A stretch of 64,000 nucleotides of DNA from a bacterium (lineage in GTDB: Bacteria > Patescibacteriota > Microgenomatia > Daviesbacterales > UBA10151), in NCBI GenBank assembly GCA_021790255.1, contig JAJYIE010000003.1, positions 68 through 64,067 on the forward strand, in the 5' to 3' direction. Below are positions 19,428-30,390 of this stretch, in pieces. The stretch's first letter is position 1, and each line of letters opens with the position of its first letter. The translations under genes were made by a program, and so were the position numbers. The notes beneath the pieces were generated by a model that did not search any database, had not been told where the DNA came from, and worked only from the letters and a program-made list of their open reading frames with translations.

Positions 19428-20153
19428 ATGAACTTAAGCGACCGGCAAAGGCAGCTTCTAAAAGCCATCATTGAACTCTACGTTAAAACCGGTGAACCGG
19501 TTTCCTCTGAGCTGATTGAAAAAAGCTACAATCTAGGAGTATCTCCCGCTACTATCCGCAACGAAATGGTCCGCTTAACTGATGCCCAGTTTTTAAAGCA
19601 GCCTCATACCAGCGCCGGCCGGGTACCGACAGCCATGGGCTTTCGTGTGTATATTTCCGAGCTGATGCAGGAAAAAGAGCTGCCGGTGGTGGATGAGGTA
19701 GCTATACGCCAGCAGCTTCTGGATGCCCGCAACCAATATTCCCGCCTGGTTCAGGCAGCTACAAGAGCTTTGGCCAAAAAGTGCGGCATGCTGGCAGTAG
19801 CCATGAGAGATGGGGATATTTACTATACAGGCGCCGCCAATATTTTGGATCTGCCGGAGTTTTATGATATTGATGTAACCCGTTTTGTGCTGTCAATGTT
19901 TGATGAGGCAACTATTCTTGAGCAGCTGATTGACAAGGCTCAAGGGCCTGGTTCGCTGCACATCATTTTTGGTGAAGAAACAGGTTTTGAATATCTGCGC
20001 CCGACCAGTTTCGCTTTTGTTAACTTCCCGACCAATGAAAGTCAACAGGGAGTGATCGGGGTAATCGGCCCCAACAGGTTAAACTTCCCGGTGGTTTTTC
20101 CGTATCTTCGCTATGTCGGGGAGATCTTGGCGGAAGCAGAGAGGATAGTATAG
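19428..20153 (+). CDS. hrcA: Heat-inducible transcription repressor HrcA (short form)
   Basis: GEPVSS, SPATIRNEM, QPHTSAGRVPT, GVIGP. Confidence 0.92.
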   Translation: MNLSDRQRQLLKAIIELYVKTGEPVSSELIEKSYNLGVSPATIRNEMVRLTDAQFLKQPHTSAGRVPTAMGFRVYISELMQEKELPVVDEVAIRQQLLDARNQYSRLVQAATRALAKKCGMLAVAMRDGDIYYTGAANILDLPEFYDIDVTRFVLSMFDEATILEQLIDKAQGPGSLHIIFGEETGFEYLRPTSFAFVNFPTNESQQGVIGVIGPNRLNFPVVFPYLRYVGEILAEAERIV

Positions 20154-20157
20154 GATT

Positions 20158-20661
20158 ATGGCTGATAAAGACGAAGTTGGCCAGCTGAAGGAGCAGATGG
20201 GGTCACTGGAAGACCAGCTGAAACGGGCGGTGGCCGACTACCGCAATTTGGAAAAGCGGATCGCTGAGGATAACCAGGCAGCCGGCGATTTTGTCAAAGG
20301 GCGGCTGGTGGGTAGGATTTTGCCAGTACTGGATTCTCTGGACCAGGCTGTAGAGGGGGCTAGCCAGTCGGAGACACAATCCTCCTGGCTTAAAGGAGTG
20401 CTGATGTCAGTCAAACAGCTACGTCAGGTTCTTTCCGATGAGGGGCTTGCGGAAATTGAAGTTGGGGATAAGTTTGACCCAAATTTGCAGGAGGCAGTTG
20501 ACGTAAGGGAGGGAGAAGATGATAAAATTTTAGAAGTGGTCCAGCAGGGTTACTTGTTGGGAGGCCGGGTACTCCGGCCGGCTAAAGTGGTGGTAGGCAA
20601 GGGCCAGCCGGTGCAGATGTCGGAAGAAGCAAGGGAAAAAGTCGAAACGGAGGAGGCATAA
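20158..20661 (+). CDS. grpE: Nucleotide exchange factor GrpE
   Basis: RAVADYRN, FDPNLQEAV, GY...RVLRPAKVVV. Confidence 0.93.
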   Translation: MADKDEVGQLKEQMGSLEDQLKRAVADYRNLEKRIAEDNQAAGDFVKGRLVGRILPVLDSLDQAVEGASQSETQSSWLKGVLMSVKQLRQVLSDEGLAEIEVGDKFDPNLQEAVDVREGEDDKILEVVQQGYLLGGRVLRPAKVVVGKGQPVQMSEEAREKVETEEA

Positions 20662-20683
20662 AGAGGCATAGCTGACATGGAGT

Positions 20684-20748
20684 AGACCATTCGTCGCTAC
20701 GCTCCTCAGGATGACAAGCAAATTTAGGGAATTGTAATTTGCTTGTCA
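20684..20748. repeat. REP-like half-element fused to a 13-bp perfect hairpin
   Basis: ttcgtcgctacgctcctcaggatgac; TGACAAGCAAATT (20712-24) pairs with AATTTGCTTGTCA (20736-48). Confidence 0.65.
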
Positions 20749-20760
20749 AATGAACAAAGT

Positions 20761-22719
20761 ATGGCAAAGATTGTTGGAATTGATCTTGGTACTACAAATA
20801 GTGTGGTGGCGGTCATGGAGGCTGGTAAGCCGAAAGTCATCCACTCTGCTGAGGGGGAAAATGTTATTCCCTCAGTGGTTAACCCGGTTAAAAATATCGT
20901 TGGCCGGGTAGCCAAACGGCAGGCAGTGGTTAACCCTAAAGAAACTATTTTCTCCATCAAGAGGTTGATGGGCCGCAAATTTACCGATCCTGAGGTGCAA
21001 AGAGATATTAAGTGGCTCCCCTATACTATTAAAGAAGGTAAAAATGGTATGGCAGTGGTAGAAGTCGAGGGTCACGAATACACCCCGCAGGAAATCTCGG
21101 CAATGATTTTGCAGAAAATGAAGACCGATGCCGAGTCTTACCTTGGTGAAAAGGTGACCGACGCGGTGATCACAGTCCCTGCTTACTTTGACGATGCCCA
21201 AAGGCAGGCTACCAAGCAGGCCGGGGAAATTGCCGGGTTAAACGTGCAGCGGATCATAAATGAGCCAACGGCTGCGGCATTGGCTTACGGGTTGGATAAA
21301 GCCAAGGCAGAAACAATTGCCGTTTATGATTTGGGCGGCGGCACTTTTGATATTTCTATTTTGGAGCTCGGTGAGGGCGTTTTTGAGGTCAAATCTACTA
21401 ACGGAGATACACACCTTGGCGGGGATGATTTTGACCAGCTGATTATTGACTGGCTGGTGGAGGAGTTTAAAAAGGAGCAGGGAATTGATCTTAAAACTGA
21501 CCGTCAAGCACTGCAGCGCCTGCGGGATGGGGCGGAAAAGGCCAAGATTGAACTTTCGTCCTCTATGGAAGCAGATATTTCCCTTCCGTTTATCACTGCG
21601 GACCAATCCGGCCCCAAACACCTGGAGATAAAACTGTCCCGGGCTAAGCTGGAATCCCTAGTGAGTGAACTAATTGAGAAAACATTTACTGCTGTGAAAT
21701 CTGCCTTAAAGGACGCAGGCAAAGAGGCCAAGGATATTGACGAGGTAGTGCTGGTAGGTGGTATGACCCGCATGCCGGCAGTACAAAAAGCGGTCCAGGA
21801 TTTCTTCGGTAAAGAACCACACAAAGGGATTAACCCGGATGAGGTGGTGGCAATCGGGGCGGCCATCCAGGCAGGAGTTTTGGGCGGCGAGGTCAAAGAT
21901 ATCCTGCTTTTGGATGTTACTCCCCTGACTCTGGGTATTGAAACCATGGGTGGAGTAAGGACGCCGCTTATTACCCGCAACACCACCATACCAACCTCTA
22001 AGGCAGAGATCTTCTCTACCGCTGCTGATAACCAGACTCAGGTTGAGGTCAATGTACTGCAGGGCGAGCGGGAGATGGCTGCCGACAACAAGTCTTTGGG
22101 CAGGTTCATCTTGGACGGCATTCCGCCGGCGCCGCGGGGTGTGCCGCAGATTGAGGTGACCTTTGATATTGATGCCAGTGGCATTTTGAATGTTTCTGCC
22201 AAGGATAAAGCTACGGGTAAAGAGCAGAAAATTACCATTACCGGCTCCACCGGATTGTCAAAAGAAGAGGCGGAAAGGCTGGCTAAGGAAGCCCAGGCTC
22301 ATGCTGAAGAAGATAGGCAGAAGAAAGAGGAAATTGAAACAAAGAATCAGGCTGACTCCTTGATCTACACTACCGAGCGCTCAATTAAAGACGCCGGAGA
22401 TAAAATGCCGGCGGGAACTAAGGCTGCTCTGGAAAATAAGATTAAAGAATTACGGGAGGCGGTTTCCTCAGGTAGCAAGGACGAGATTAAGAGCAAATCA
22501 GAGAGCCTGTCTGACGCCTTGTCCAAATTCGGTTCTTCGATGTACGGTCAGCAAACTCAGGCTACTTCTCAGGAGCCGCCGATCAACCCGAATGAGGAGA
22601 TCCAACAGGAGGAGAAGGAGGGCCAGCCAGCCGATTCCGCAAACGAGGCTGTTGAGGGTGAGGTGGTGGAAGACAATCCGGGGAGTACCCAAGGCGAGGA
22701 CCAAGATGGAAGAAAATAA
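20761..22719 (+). CDS. dnaK: Chaperone DnaK
   Basis: [31 protein letters not shown]. Confidence 0.98.
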   Translation: MAKIVGIDLGTTNSVVAVMEAGKPKVIHSAEGENVIPSVVNPVKNIVGRVAKRQAVVNPKETIFSIKRLMGRKFTDPEVQRDIKWLPYTIKEGKNGMAVVEVEGHEYTPQEISAMILQKMKTDAESYLGEKVTDAVITVPAYFDDAQRQATKQAGEIAGLNVQRIINEPTAAALAYGLDKAKAETIAVYDLGGGTFDISILELGEGVFEVKSTNGDTHLGGDDFDQLIIDWLVEEFKKEQGIDLKTDRQALQRLRDGAEKAKIELSSSMEADISLPFITADQSGPKHLEIKLSRAKLESLVSELIEKTFTAVKSALKDAGKEAKDIDEVVLVGGMTRMPAVQKAVQDFFGKEPHKGINPDEVVAIGAAIQAGVLGGEVKDILLLDVTPLTLGIETMGGVRTPLITRNTTIPTSKAEIFSTAADNQTQVEVNVLQGEREMAADNKSLGRFILDGIPPAPRGVPQIEVTFDIDASGILNVSAKDKATGKEQKITITGSTGLSKEEAERLAKEAQAHAEEDRQKKEEIETKNQADSLIYTTERSIKDAGDKMPAGTKAALENKIKELREAVSSGSKDEIKSKSESLSDALSKFGSSMYGQQTQATSQEPPINPNEEIQQEEKEGQPADSANEAVEGEVVEDNPGSTQGEDQDGRK

Positions 22720-22972
22720 GGGAGAAATGCTCAAACGAGCAGAAGAGATATTTTCCAGATTTCGCCAAACTGCTTCGAAGCAAACTATGGAAATGTATCA
22801 CCGGGGAACATTGTCTAAAGCGGATGGAGAGTTCGTGGCAAAAACACAGGATAGTGGGGATAAGCCAACTATTAGGGTTGAAGGGACTGGCGGCGAACCG
22901 GTGTTAATTTATCCGCGGACGAATACTCCTTGGGAAGAGATAGTAGGAACAAGACAAAGCCGAAAAAGATAA
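22706..22972 (+). CDS. Hypothetical 88-aa protein overlapping the dnaK end
   Basis: ATG 22706 with GAGG upstream; open frame filling the gap. Confidence 0.5.
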   Translation: MEENKGEMLKRAEEIFSRFRQTASKQTMEMYHRGTLSKADGEFVAKTQDSGDKPTIRVEGTGGEPVLIYPRTNTPWEEIVGTRQSRKR

Positions 22973-23000
22973 CGGCATTATTGCAGGACCTGAATAAGTC

Positions 23001-23026
23001 GGCCTCGGGAGACCGGGGCCTTTTTT
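23001..23026 (+). terminator. Intrinsic terminator-like hairpin
   Basis: GGCCTCGG-GAGA-CCGGGGCC-TTTTTT. Confidence 0.75.
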
Positions 23027-23032
23027 AAGACA

Positions 23033-23590
23033 ATGGCAAATTTGGTGATAAAAGACAAGGTTGTGGGTGTAGAAATTAAGCTGGTTACCAGAGCCGGGGT
23101 GTTTTCCAAACAGGGGATTGATAGTGGCAGCAGGCTGCTCATGGAAAAGATGCAAGTAACTGATGGGACAATGGTGGCAGATCTCGGGGCAGGAGCCGGC
23201 CTGGTGGGGATTGTGGCGGCAAAACTAAACCCGCACGGCCACATCCACTTTTTGGAAGATCATCTGCGCTCATATGAAACAGCCCGGGAAAATGTTGAGC
23301 TGAATGGTTTGAAAAACGCTGAGGTTTTCTTAAGTGATCTGTTCAGCGCAGTGCCGCAGCGCAGTTACCATCTGATTATTTCCAACCCTCCCCAGCATCT
23401 GGGCAATGAATTCTTAGAAGAGGCAGCCGGAGAGTGCCTGAAACACTTAAAACCCGGCGGGCAGGTGTATTGGGTAATGCAGAGTCATCTGGAGTCATTT
23501 ACTCAAACGCTATTTAAAAAAGTCTTCGGAGGCTATAAAATTATGGCGCACGGAAAGGAGCATGTAGTGGTGTCAGCGTATGGGAAGTAG
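23033..23590 (+). CDS. Class I SAM-dependent methyltransferase (RsmC/MTS-like)
   Basis: [23 protein letters not shown]. Confidence 0.85.
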   Translation: MANLVIKDKVVGVEIKLVTRAGVFSKQGIDSGSRLLMEKMQVTDGTMVADLGAGAGLVGIVAAKLNPHGHIHFLEDHLRSYETARENVELNGLKNAEVFLSDLFSAVPQRSYHLIISNPPQHLGNEFLEEAAGECLKHLKPGGQVYWVMQSHLESFTQTLFKKVFGGYKIMAHGKEHVVVSAYGK

Positions 23591-23637
23591 CATATAGGGA
23601 GAGTCATCTTCCATTACCAAACCTCTACTCTAAAAAC

Positions 23638-24537
23638 ATGGCAACTAAACGAGACTATTACGAGGTGTTGGGCGTAAATAAGAATGCTTCTGAGGCGGAG
23701 ATTAAGTCTGCTTACCGTAAACTGGCCCGCCAGCATCATCCTGACATAGACAAAAGCTCGGGAGCAGCTGAAAAATTTAAGGAGATCTCCGAGGCTTATC
23801 AGGTGCTGTCCAACCCAGAAAAACGCAAAGCTTACGACCAGTTCGGCCACACTCCTTTTGAACCGGGTGCAGGCTATGGTGCTGGCGGCAGCCCATTTGG
23901 CGGTTTCCGGACTTACACCTATAGCGGCGGCGGCCCCCAGGTCGATTTCAACTTCGGTGGCTTTACTGACCCCTTTGACCTTTTTGAACAGATTTTCGGC
24001 ATGGGCGGAGAGCCGTTTGGCGGTTTCGGAGCGGCGTATCAGAGGCGGCCGACCTATCAAATGGAATTAAGTTTTGAGGAAGCAGCTTTTGGCACGACGA
24101 AGGAGGTTGAAATGGCTGACAGTCAGGGTAAAAGGAGGCGGATGTCTATCAAAATTCCAGCCGGGGTGGACAACGGCACAAGGATGCGTTTTGAGGGAGT
24201 GGATATCGTTTTCCGGGTCCGCCGCCATTTCCACTTTGTTCGTGAGGGGGCAAATGTCTTTTCGGATGCGATTTTGACTATCCCGCAGGTTGTGCTGGGG
24301 GATGTAATTGAGGTGCAAACCATGCATGGAACTGTTAAATTAAAAATTCCTGCCGGCACCGAACCGGGTTCCCTGATCCGCATTAAGGGTAAAGGTGTGC
24401 CGTACCTTCGCAGCAGTCAGGTTGGGGATCACTACGTCCGGGTGAAGCTGGAAATTCCCAAGAGAATTTCGGGTCGGGAAAAGGAACTTTATGAGCAGCT
24501 GGCCGGAGAAAAATCCAAGAAAAAGGGCTGGTTTTAA
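23638..24537 (+). CDS. dnaJ: DnaJ-family co-chaperone lacking the zinc-finger (class II)
   Basis: DYYEVLG, HPD, G/F-rich region, C-terminal domain; no CxxCxGxG. Confidence 0.88.
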   Translation: MATKRDYYEVLGVNKNASEAEIKSAYRKLARQHHPDIDKSSGAAEKFKEISEAYQVLSNPEKRKAYDQFGHTPFEPGAGYGAGGSPFGGFRTYTYSGGGPQVDFNFGGFTDPFDLFEQIFGMGGEPFGGFGAAYQRRPTYQMELSFEEAAFGTTKEVEMADSQGKRRRMSIKIPAGVDNGTRMRFEGVDIVFRVRRHFHFVREGANVFSDAILTIPQVVLGDVIEVQTMHGTVKLKIPAGTEPGSLIRIKGKGVPYLRSSQVGDHYVRVKLEIPKRISGREKELYEQLAGEKSKKKGWF

Positions 24538-24851
24538 TAATCTGCCAGATTATCAGTTAATCTGAGCAGCTTTCCTGAAACCTGAGGGTAATATCTTTCA
24601 TTAGGAAGGCAAGCAACTTGGTTGGGAAACTGGAAAACCCATTTCTCCAATTTTTCATCAAAGACTGCTTCAAATGTTTGTCCGTTAAGGTGCGTAAGAC
24701 GGGTCAACCTTACCCATTGCGGATGTCCGGTTGCGCCTTGCCACTCTTTTGGGACGGCAACAATCTCTTTCACATTAAGACCTTCATTCCCGTAATGGGA
24801 ATATTCCTGCTGGTCAGCAAAACGAACAGTATCGCCTTCTTTAAATTCCAT
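24534..24851 (-). CDS. Hypothetical ORFan convergent with dnaJ
   Basis: 105-aa frame, TATAAT 10 nt before ATG, stop shares TTAA with dnaJ. Confidence 0.55.
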   Translation of the reverse strand: MEFKEGDTVRFADQQEYSHYGNEGLNVKEIVAVPKEWQGATGHPQWVRLTRLTHLNGQTFEAVFDEKLEKWVFQFPNQVACLPNERYYPQVSGKLLRLTDNLADY

Positions 24852-24930
24852 AGCGTGCGCTATTATAAGGAATTTGCTCCATCCGGTCAAATAAATTGAT
24901 TTCTTTAGTTTTAACACTATGCTGACTGCT

Positions 24931-25310
24931 ATGACCGAAGAATTTAAAGCTGATTATTATGGGGCAGATCAACAGCAGTTTGTTAATCGGAATTAGCGGT
25001 TTTTGTTCATTCTGATGAAGCAATACTGGTAAACAGCGGTTCCTCAGCTGGCCGGCCCTCAATAGTGGCCCGGATGGTTGAAGCACTGTCCCGAAGCGGC
25101 CGGGAGAAAGTGTTGGATGTTGGCATGGCCTTAGGCTATCAGGCAGTAATATTGTCCGGCTGTAGTCGATGGGCTTACACCATAAAATATGATGCTGGGC
25201 TGGCGGCTGAAGCTACCAGGCGACTTGCTGGTTACCAGAATGTGACAGTCAAAGTGAGTGACGGTGCCCTTGCTGGCTGGAAGAAGCGCCGCTTGAACGA
25301 ATTATTTTAA
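24931..25310 (+). pseudogene. Decayed protein-L-isoaspartate O-methyltransferase (pcm-like)
   Basis: PSIVARMVEAL...EKVLDVG..LGYQAVILS...GYQNVTV...DG; frames broken; boundaries approximate. Confidence 0.7.
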
Positions 25311-25579
25311 TAGCCAGGGTGCGGGATTTTCCGCAAAAGGCTATTGAAAAAGGTTTAGCAGAAGGAGAGTACTTTGCACATCTTGCCCAAAAAATGGGGA
25401 TAACTCCGGATTTGACACAAGCCCATGCCCTGCGGAGGCTGATAGTGCCGGATGAGATTTTGCGGGATGTAGGTATTTAAAACAAGGGATCTGATCAGAT
25501 CCTCGGTCGCAAGGTCGTGTGAGTGTACATCTTAATTCTTCGGCAGGCCAATTTAAAAAAAGAAGACTTTGAATAATAA

Positions 25580-26167
25580 TTACGCGTCAGGAGTAAATGC
25601 CAGGGCAACTGTTTGGTATCTGATCTCATGTAATTTCCACGGGCTGCGCACCCTGTTTCCCATCAAGTATTTAGCATCGTAAATTTTTAGAAGAGGCGAT
25701 CTTAGATTCGTTCGGTTACTTTCGACTTTGGCATTACAGGCTATGCCGATAAATCTTAAAGAAGCAGCGAGTGGCGGATGGTTTTTGGTAAGAGCTTTAA
25801 TGAGATTTATATCTGAAACATCAACGCTTTCTTTGGGAAAGACTTCAACTCTGTAGCCGGGTTCTTCGATTTTGCCGGAAGGATGAATTTTGCCAATTAG
25901 GTTGATGTTAGCCGTTTGCCCGTCTGCCTCTGCTTGTCCAAAAGCTGCCATGATATCGGGAGTGGGAGTGTATATTTTAGTAATTGTCCGGGCACTGCCA
26001 ACACCTAAAAAAAGAGGGCCTCCCTGGGTTAGAAGCTCTTTGTAGACTAAATTGCGTAGGGTTTTGGCGGCTTCCGAACTTACCATAACCTCGGGTGGTG
26101 AAGTCCTTTCTCCGAAATGCCAGTTAGCAAATCTCTCCGGTATAAATCTGCCGAAATCAGGTAACAT
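25580..26167 (-). CDS. Hypothetical protein
   Basis: 195-aa ORF with AAGGGA SD. Confidence 0.65.
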   Translation of the reverse strand: MLPDFGRFIPERFANWHFGERTSPPEVMVSSEAAKTLRNLVYKELLTQGGPLFLGVGSARTITKIYTPTPDIMAAFGQAEADGQTANINLIGKIHPSGKIEEPGYRVEVFPKESVDVSDINLIKALTKNHPPLAASLRFIGIACNAKVESNRTNLRSPLLKIYDAKYLMGNRVRSPWKLHEIRYQTVALAFTPDA

Positions 26168-26254
26168 AAATATTCCCTTTCAGGACGATAATATACTACA
26201 AGTTTAGTTGAATGCCAACCGGACATTGAGTTAATGTTAATTTTCTTCAGGAAG

Positions 26255-27001
26255 CTACTTTTTTAGAAGTTGTTTTATCCCGGTCATGATTTCGGTGGGG
26301 ACAGTGAAGACGATAGTATTGCCTGTGTTGGCAGCAGCAGCTTCAATGGTTTGCAAAGTACGCAGGGAAATAGCACCGGAGGAGGCCATCATCTCCATGG
26401 CGGCCTTGAGGTTTTCCGAAGCGGTTTTTTCACCTTCTGCCCGGATAATGGTGGCCCGTTTCTCACGCTCAGCTTCCGCCTGTTTGGCCATCACCCGCTT
26501 CATGTCATCAGGCAGCTCCATGTCCTGCATCTTGATGGCGGTCACATCAACTCCCCACTCGTCAGTTTCCTTATCCACCAGCCGCTTGATTTGTTCGGCC
26601 AGCTTTTCCCGCTCAGTCAAAAGCGTGTCCAGGTCGACACCGCCGATGACATCCCGCAGGGCAGTTTGGGCGTACTGAGTGATGGCATAGGCATAATCCT
26701 GAATCTTTAAGACGGCATCCTCTGATTTGGTGACTCTGAAATAAACTACAGCATTGATACCTGCCGGAACATTGTCTTTGGTAATAACTTCCTGTTTTGG
26801 GATGTCCTGGGTTTGGATACGCATATCCACCCTGATCATCCGCTGGAAAATGGGGACAATGATTTTTAAACCCGGACCAACTGTATAAGAATAAGCACCC
26901 AGTGTTAAAACTACCCCACGCTCGTATTGGTTAATAATTTTTATGCCTGATAAAACAAGCAAAATCAGCAGGGCAAAAAGTATCCAGAAGAGCATTCCCA
27001 T
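26255..27001 (-). CDS. SPFH/stomatin (slipin) family protein
   Basis: YERGVV, QEVITKDNV, AQTALR, AKQAEAERE. Confidence 0.92.
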   Translation of the reverse strand: MGMLFWILFALLILLVLSGIKIINQYERGVVLTLGAYSYTVGPGLKIIVPIFQRMIRVDMRIQTQDIPKQEVITKDNVPAGINAVVYFRVTKSEDAVLKIQDYAYAITQYAQTALRDVIGGVDLDTLLTEREKLAEQIKRLVDKETDEWGVDVTAIKMQDMELPDDMKRVMAKQAEAEREKRATIIRAEGEKTASENLKAAMEMMASSGAISLRTLQTIEAAAANTGNTIVFTVPTEIMTGIKQLLKK

Positions 27002-27059
27002 AAGACCATACTAGCACTTTTTTATTGCGGCGAAAATGATTTATATTGCTACTGCTTTG

Positions 27060-27803
27060 TCAGTAAGTGTTCCACTTCTGGGCAATCGGAGCAGGTGTAG
27101 GATGTGACCGGACTTGTGTTTGTGGTCCCGTGAAGCGGTGCCCGGTTGTCAAAAGGATCCCGGCAATAATGAGAGCTATTTTAATATTTTGGTGATTTAA
27201 AGAAATATAAAAGCTTGGGTAATCATCTGACAGGCCAAAGAAATAAGCCATGGCTGCTTGGGTGACCCGGACGCTGTCCCGGATAAACTCAAATGTGGCT
27301 TCCGGGAAATCTCCGATAGATAAAACATTGTAGAAGGAGATAATATAGCCTAGGGCTGCTCCTACCGCGATCACCTCAACAAACACCAAGTAGGGAATAA
27401 GCAAAAGCAGACGGATAAGACCGCCTGCTAAAGGCACGGCAAAGAGCTTACTGGGGTGAGATGGGGTTTGCATATTAAACGAATAACTATCATCAATTTG
27501 GAAGTTGAAATAGGGGTATTTATCGGTCAAGCCGTAAAAATAGAGCCTCGTTTTAACTATTAGCCTCATCAGGCCAAGGTTATAACGGTAGCCAAACTGC
27601 CAATACTTGTCGGTGAAAAGAACGACAAAGGAACCGATCAGAAGGACAAAGACTAAACCAATGTAAAGAAAAATTAATTCCAGGTATACAGGAATGAGCA
27701 GAATAATTTTGGCTAAAAATCCGATTAGAGGAAAAGCATAAAATTTATTGGGGTTTTTGATATTCACGATTTCCAGCGCTGGGTAAAGGTTGCCTTTTTC
27801 CAT
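27060..27803 (-). CDS. DUF4389-like membrane protein
   Basis: Twice-repeated LLIP...Y.fGLtDkYP.F. Confidence 0.7.
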   Translation of the reverse strand: MEKGNLYPALEIVNIKNPNKFYAFPLIGFLAKIILLIPVYLELIFLYIGLVFVLLIGSFVVLFTDKYWQFGYRYNLGLMRLIVKTRLYFYGLTDKYPYFNFQIDDSYSFNMQTPSHPSKLFAVPLAGGLIRLLLLIPYLVFVEVIAVGAALGYIISFYNVLSIGDFPEATFEFIRDSVRVTQAAMAYFFGLSDDYPSFYISLNHQNIKIALIIAGILLTTGHRFTGPQTQVRSHPTPAPIAQKWNTY

Positions 27804-27869
27804 ATCTTTTTGTACCTATGTCTACAATACGATATCTTGCCTCACCAGTCAATGAACTACCATACGGTT

Positions 27870-28433
27870 TTAAGGCCAAGGTTGGCCATCCAACAGGATT
27901 TTTTTCAAAGCAGCATTACCCTCTGTATCCACAGAAACTACCGCCATAGCTTTTTTGTCGCGCAGGTTGAGATTTTGCCCTTTCCCCTGCGGGATAAAGT
28001 AATTTTCTGTCCCGTATACTATCTGCAGTGTCGGATTGGTGGAATAATAATTAGCCGGCCAGCCGGAGCTTTCCGGCGCACCGGAGACAACTTTTCCCTT
28101 CAGAAAAATCGTATTATCCCCCTCGGGTTTTTTTGTCTGGACACTTTTTGCCGACCAGTACCCGCCGTCTTCTTTTAGGATTACATACACCGTTTCACCG
28201 TTTTTTGTGTTGATAACCCCTAAGGTATATGGGCTGATAGCTGAAAGGTCGGTATAACGGAAAGCAAGATAGTCTCCCCGAAGGGGGCTTGTGGGATCAA
28301 CAGGTTCGATCCTTAAAGTAATCTCTGTGCCCCCGGTTAAAATAACCACTTTAAGTAAAATAATGGTCAAAATTACTGCAACCTGGAAGGCGACTGCCAA
28401 AACAAACTTGTTAAATTTGCTGAGGTTTTTCAT
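27870..28433 (-). CDS. GDYXXLXY domain protein
   Basis: PVDP.SPLRGDYLAFRY; YGTENYFIPQG. Confidence 0.85.
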   Translation of the reverse strand: MKNLSKFNKFVLAVAFQVAVILTIILLKVVILTGGTEITLRIEPVDPTSPLRGDYLAFRYTDLSAISPYTLGVINTKNGETVYVILKEDGGYWSAKSVQTKKPEGDNTIFLKGKVVSGAPESSGWPANYYSTNPTLQIVYGTENYFIPQGKGQNLNLRDKKAMAVVSVDTEGNAALKKILLDGQPWP

Positions 28434-29530
28434 GTCTGCGCTGCTGGTTGTTCTCCTTTCAGATTAGCCAAGACCAAGCGCCGACCATTCTCCATTGCGT
28501 ACCCAACCCCGAACATTAAAATTCCTGCCCCGATGAAGAAAAAACCTTTATCCATAAAGGAAAACATCCAGTCAACGTATTTAACCACGATGAACACGAA
28601 CAGCATTGTAGTACTCAGATTGACCAGCCATTCCTCCCGGCGCTTATATCCCAGCAAAATCAGGCCCAAAATTTCCAGGAATATTGTTACATTGAAAATG
28701 ATTGCCCATGAAATGCCGGTTAGCGACAAATTTTCAGAGGAAGAGAAAAGGTTACCTCCACTCAGTGAGATTATTTGTTTGGGCAGCAGAACTAAAGCGG
28801 TAAATAGTATGGCCAGAAGCGAAACAGCTCCGGCTTCAGGCCAGGTGATTAATCTTCTGGCTGACGAGTATGATACTGAGGCTGCTAGGGCAACTGCGAG
28901 TATCAGCAGGGACAAGGTGGCTTGCCAGGAAACCCAGACCGGTGCCCCGCCTGTCAGATCTTCAAGCCTTCCCAGACCGATTTTGGCGGACAGGAAAAAC
29001 AATAGCCCGCTTACGAAAATAATTCCTAGGATTAAATAAACAAGGGCAAACCGGCGGGATTTTTCCATCCTTTCCTGGGCCCTGCCCCAAACGTAAAAAA
29101 ACAGGCTGAAAAAGACAAAACCGGCCATAATGCTCACGGTTTTAAAATTTTGACTGAATGCCCAGGAGAACATCTGGCTTATCCACCACCCCAAAAACCC
29201 CAGCAGGCTTATTATTAGTACTAAAACCGCCTTGAAATAATAGGCTCCGGCAAACCCGGCCAAGGAAGTCAGCAGGACGATTGTTTGCCAGTTTAAGGGG
29301 GAACTAAAGTCCCGGTTCAGAGACTGGATTGTCAGACCCAGAAAAGAGACAGCCAGAAGCAAAAACAGCTGACTGAGAGAATCCTCTCTGGATAAAAAGA
29401 CCTGGAAATACCAATTATTGTCTTTGGCTGGATCCGTTGAGCTATGCCGTCTTTTTAAGATGAACCAGATTAAGGCCGGGATTCCCAGAGGAGGAAAGAC
29501 TATGGCTAAAAGGATGTAGATAAAAATCAT
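28430..29530 (-). CDS. Multi-pass membrane protein (DUF2157/DUF4401-like)
   Basis: About 10 TMs; KYVDW..SFMDKGFFFIGAG; coupled to the GDYXXLXY gene. Confidence 0.65.
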   Translation of the reverse strand: MIFIYILLAIVFPPLGIPALIWFILKRRHSSTDPAKDNNWYFQVFLSREDSLSQLFLLLAVSFLGLTIQSLNRDFSSPLNWQTIVLLTSLAGFAGAYYFKAVLVLIISLLGFLGWWISQMFSWAFSQNFKTVSIMAGFVFFSLFFYVWGRAQERMEKSRRFALVYLILGIIFVSGLLFFLSAKIGLGRLEDLTGGAPVWVSWQATLSLLILAVALAASVSYSSARRLITWPEAGAVSLLAILFTALVLLPKQIISLSGGNLFSSSENLSLTGISWAIIFNVTIFLEILGLILLGYKRREEWLVNLSTTMLFVFIVVKYVDWMFSFMDKGFFFIGAGILMFGVGYAMENGRRLVLANLKGEQPAAQT

Positions 29531-29533
29531 TTA

Positions 29534-30226
29534 TTAGTAATACTCCTTTAAATTGTCCGGCATCCTGCGGCGCATAAAATAACTTACAAACAGCACAACT
29601 GCGGTAGCGGCTGCCAGCAGCAGTGATGAGGTGAAAATGGTTGAGCTGTAAATAACGGTTCCGAAAAGCACCCAGGGCTGGCTGGCCGCGGCTATAAATC
29701 CCACAATAACTGCCAGATAAAACAGCGGATACAAATCCAGAGCGAACCCTAACGCAAGTGCTCCGAGCATCCAGAGAATAAACCCGTCCGGCCAGTTTCT
29801 ATGGATGTTAAAAATCTGCCCGACTAAAAAAATTCCGGCCCCGTAAATAATTGCACCCAGAAGCGTCAGCGCTTCCCCGGTTTTCTGGAAGCCATACCGC
29901 TCTTCCATCTGCCAACCGGCAGCATAAGAGGCGACCATAGACAGGAGGATTATTGACACCTTCAAATCTTTAGTCATGTCTGCCCAGTTGGAGGCAACCA
30001 GCGAGAACACTCCGGCGCCGATCAGGATTGCCCCTGCGCTCAGGATAATCCGGACTGTTTTTTTCTGGGTATCGGCCTTTTCATGTTCGGCAGTGAGGGT
30101 AGCAAAACCGGCCTGGATCTGGTCAATGGTGGCGCTTTGCGCAAGAAGGCGGCGGTAAATTTCTTCCATAGGCTGTCCCGCTGCAAGGGAAGATTTTACC
30201 AATTCGGTAACAGCCTGGTTGTCCAT
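29534..30226 (-). CDS. DUF2157 membrane protein
   Basis: GAILIGAGVFSLVASNW, GAGIFLVGQIFNI. Confidence 0.75.
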   Translation of the reverse strand: MDNQAVTELVKSSLAAGQPMEEIYRRLLAQSATIDQIQAGFATLTAEHEKADTQKKTVRIILSAGAILIGAGVFSLVASNWADMTKDLKVSIILLSMVASYAAGWQMEERYGFQKTGEALTLLGAIIYGAGIFLVGQIFNIHRNWPDGFILWMLGALALGFALDLYPLFYLAVIVGFIAAASQPWVLFGTVIYSSTIFTSSLLLAAATAVVLFVSYFMRRRMPDNLKEYY

Positions 30227-30302
30227 AAGCGTGACAAAGTATGATCTCTTCTTAATTGATGCATCAATCCGGGGGAATGTCAAGTTAAGCCGCCGGGCAG
30301 GG

Positions 30303-30390
30303 TTGACTTAAAATTGGTAAAAGGATAAAATGGGGCTGTCAGTCAGAAAGGACGTGTCAAGGTGGGACAAGCCCACCTTTATTTTTATTT
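30303..30390 (+). promoter_or_regulatory. nusA promoter and leader terminator (rimP/nusA-leader-like attenuator)
   Basis: TTGACT-N17-TAAAAT; AAGGTGGG-ACAAG-CCCACCTT followed by a T-rich run just before ATG. Confidence 0.7.

Noticed and set aside
22970-23030. Known SAM or SAM/SAH riboswitch before the methyltransferase
   Set aside because: Consensus elements could not be matched by eye.
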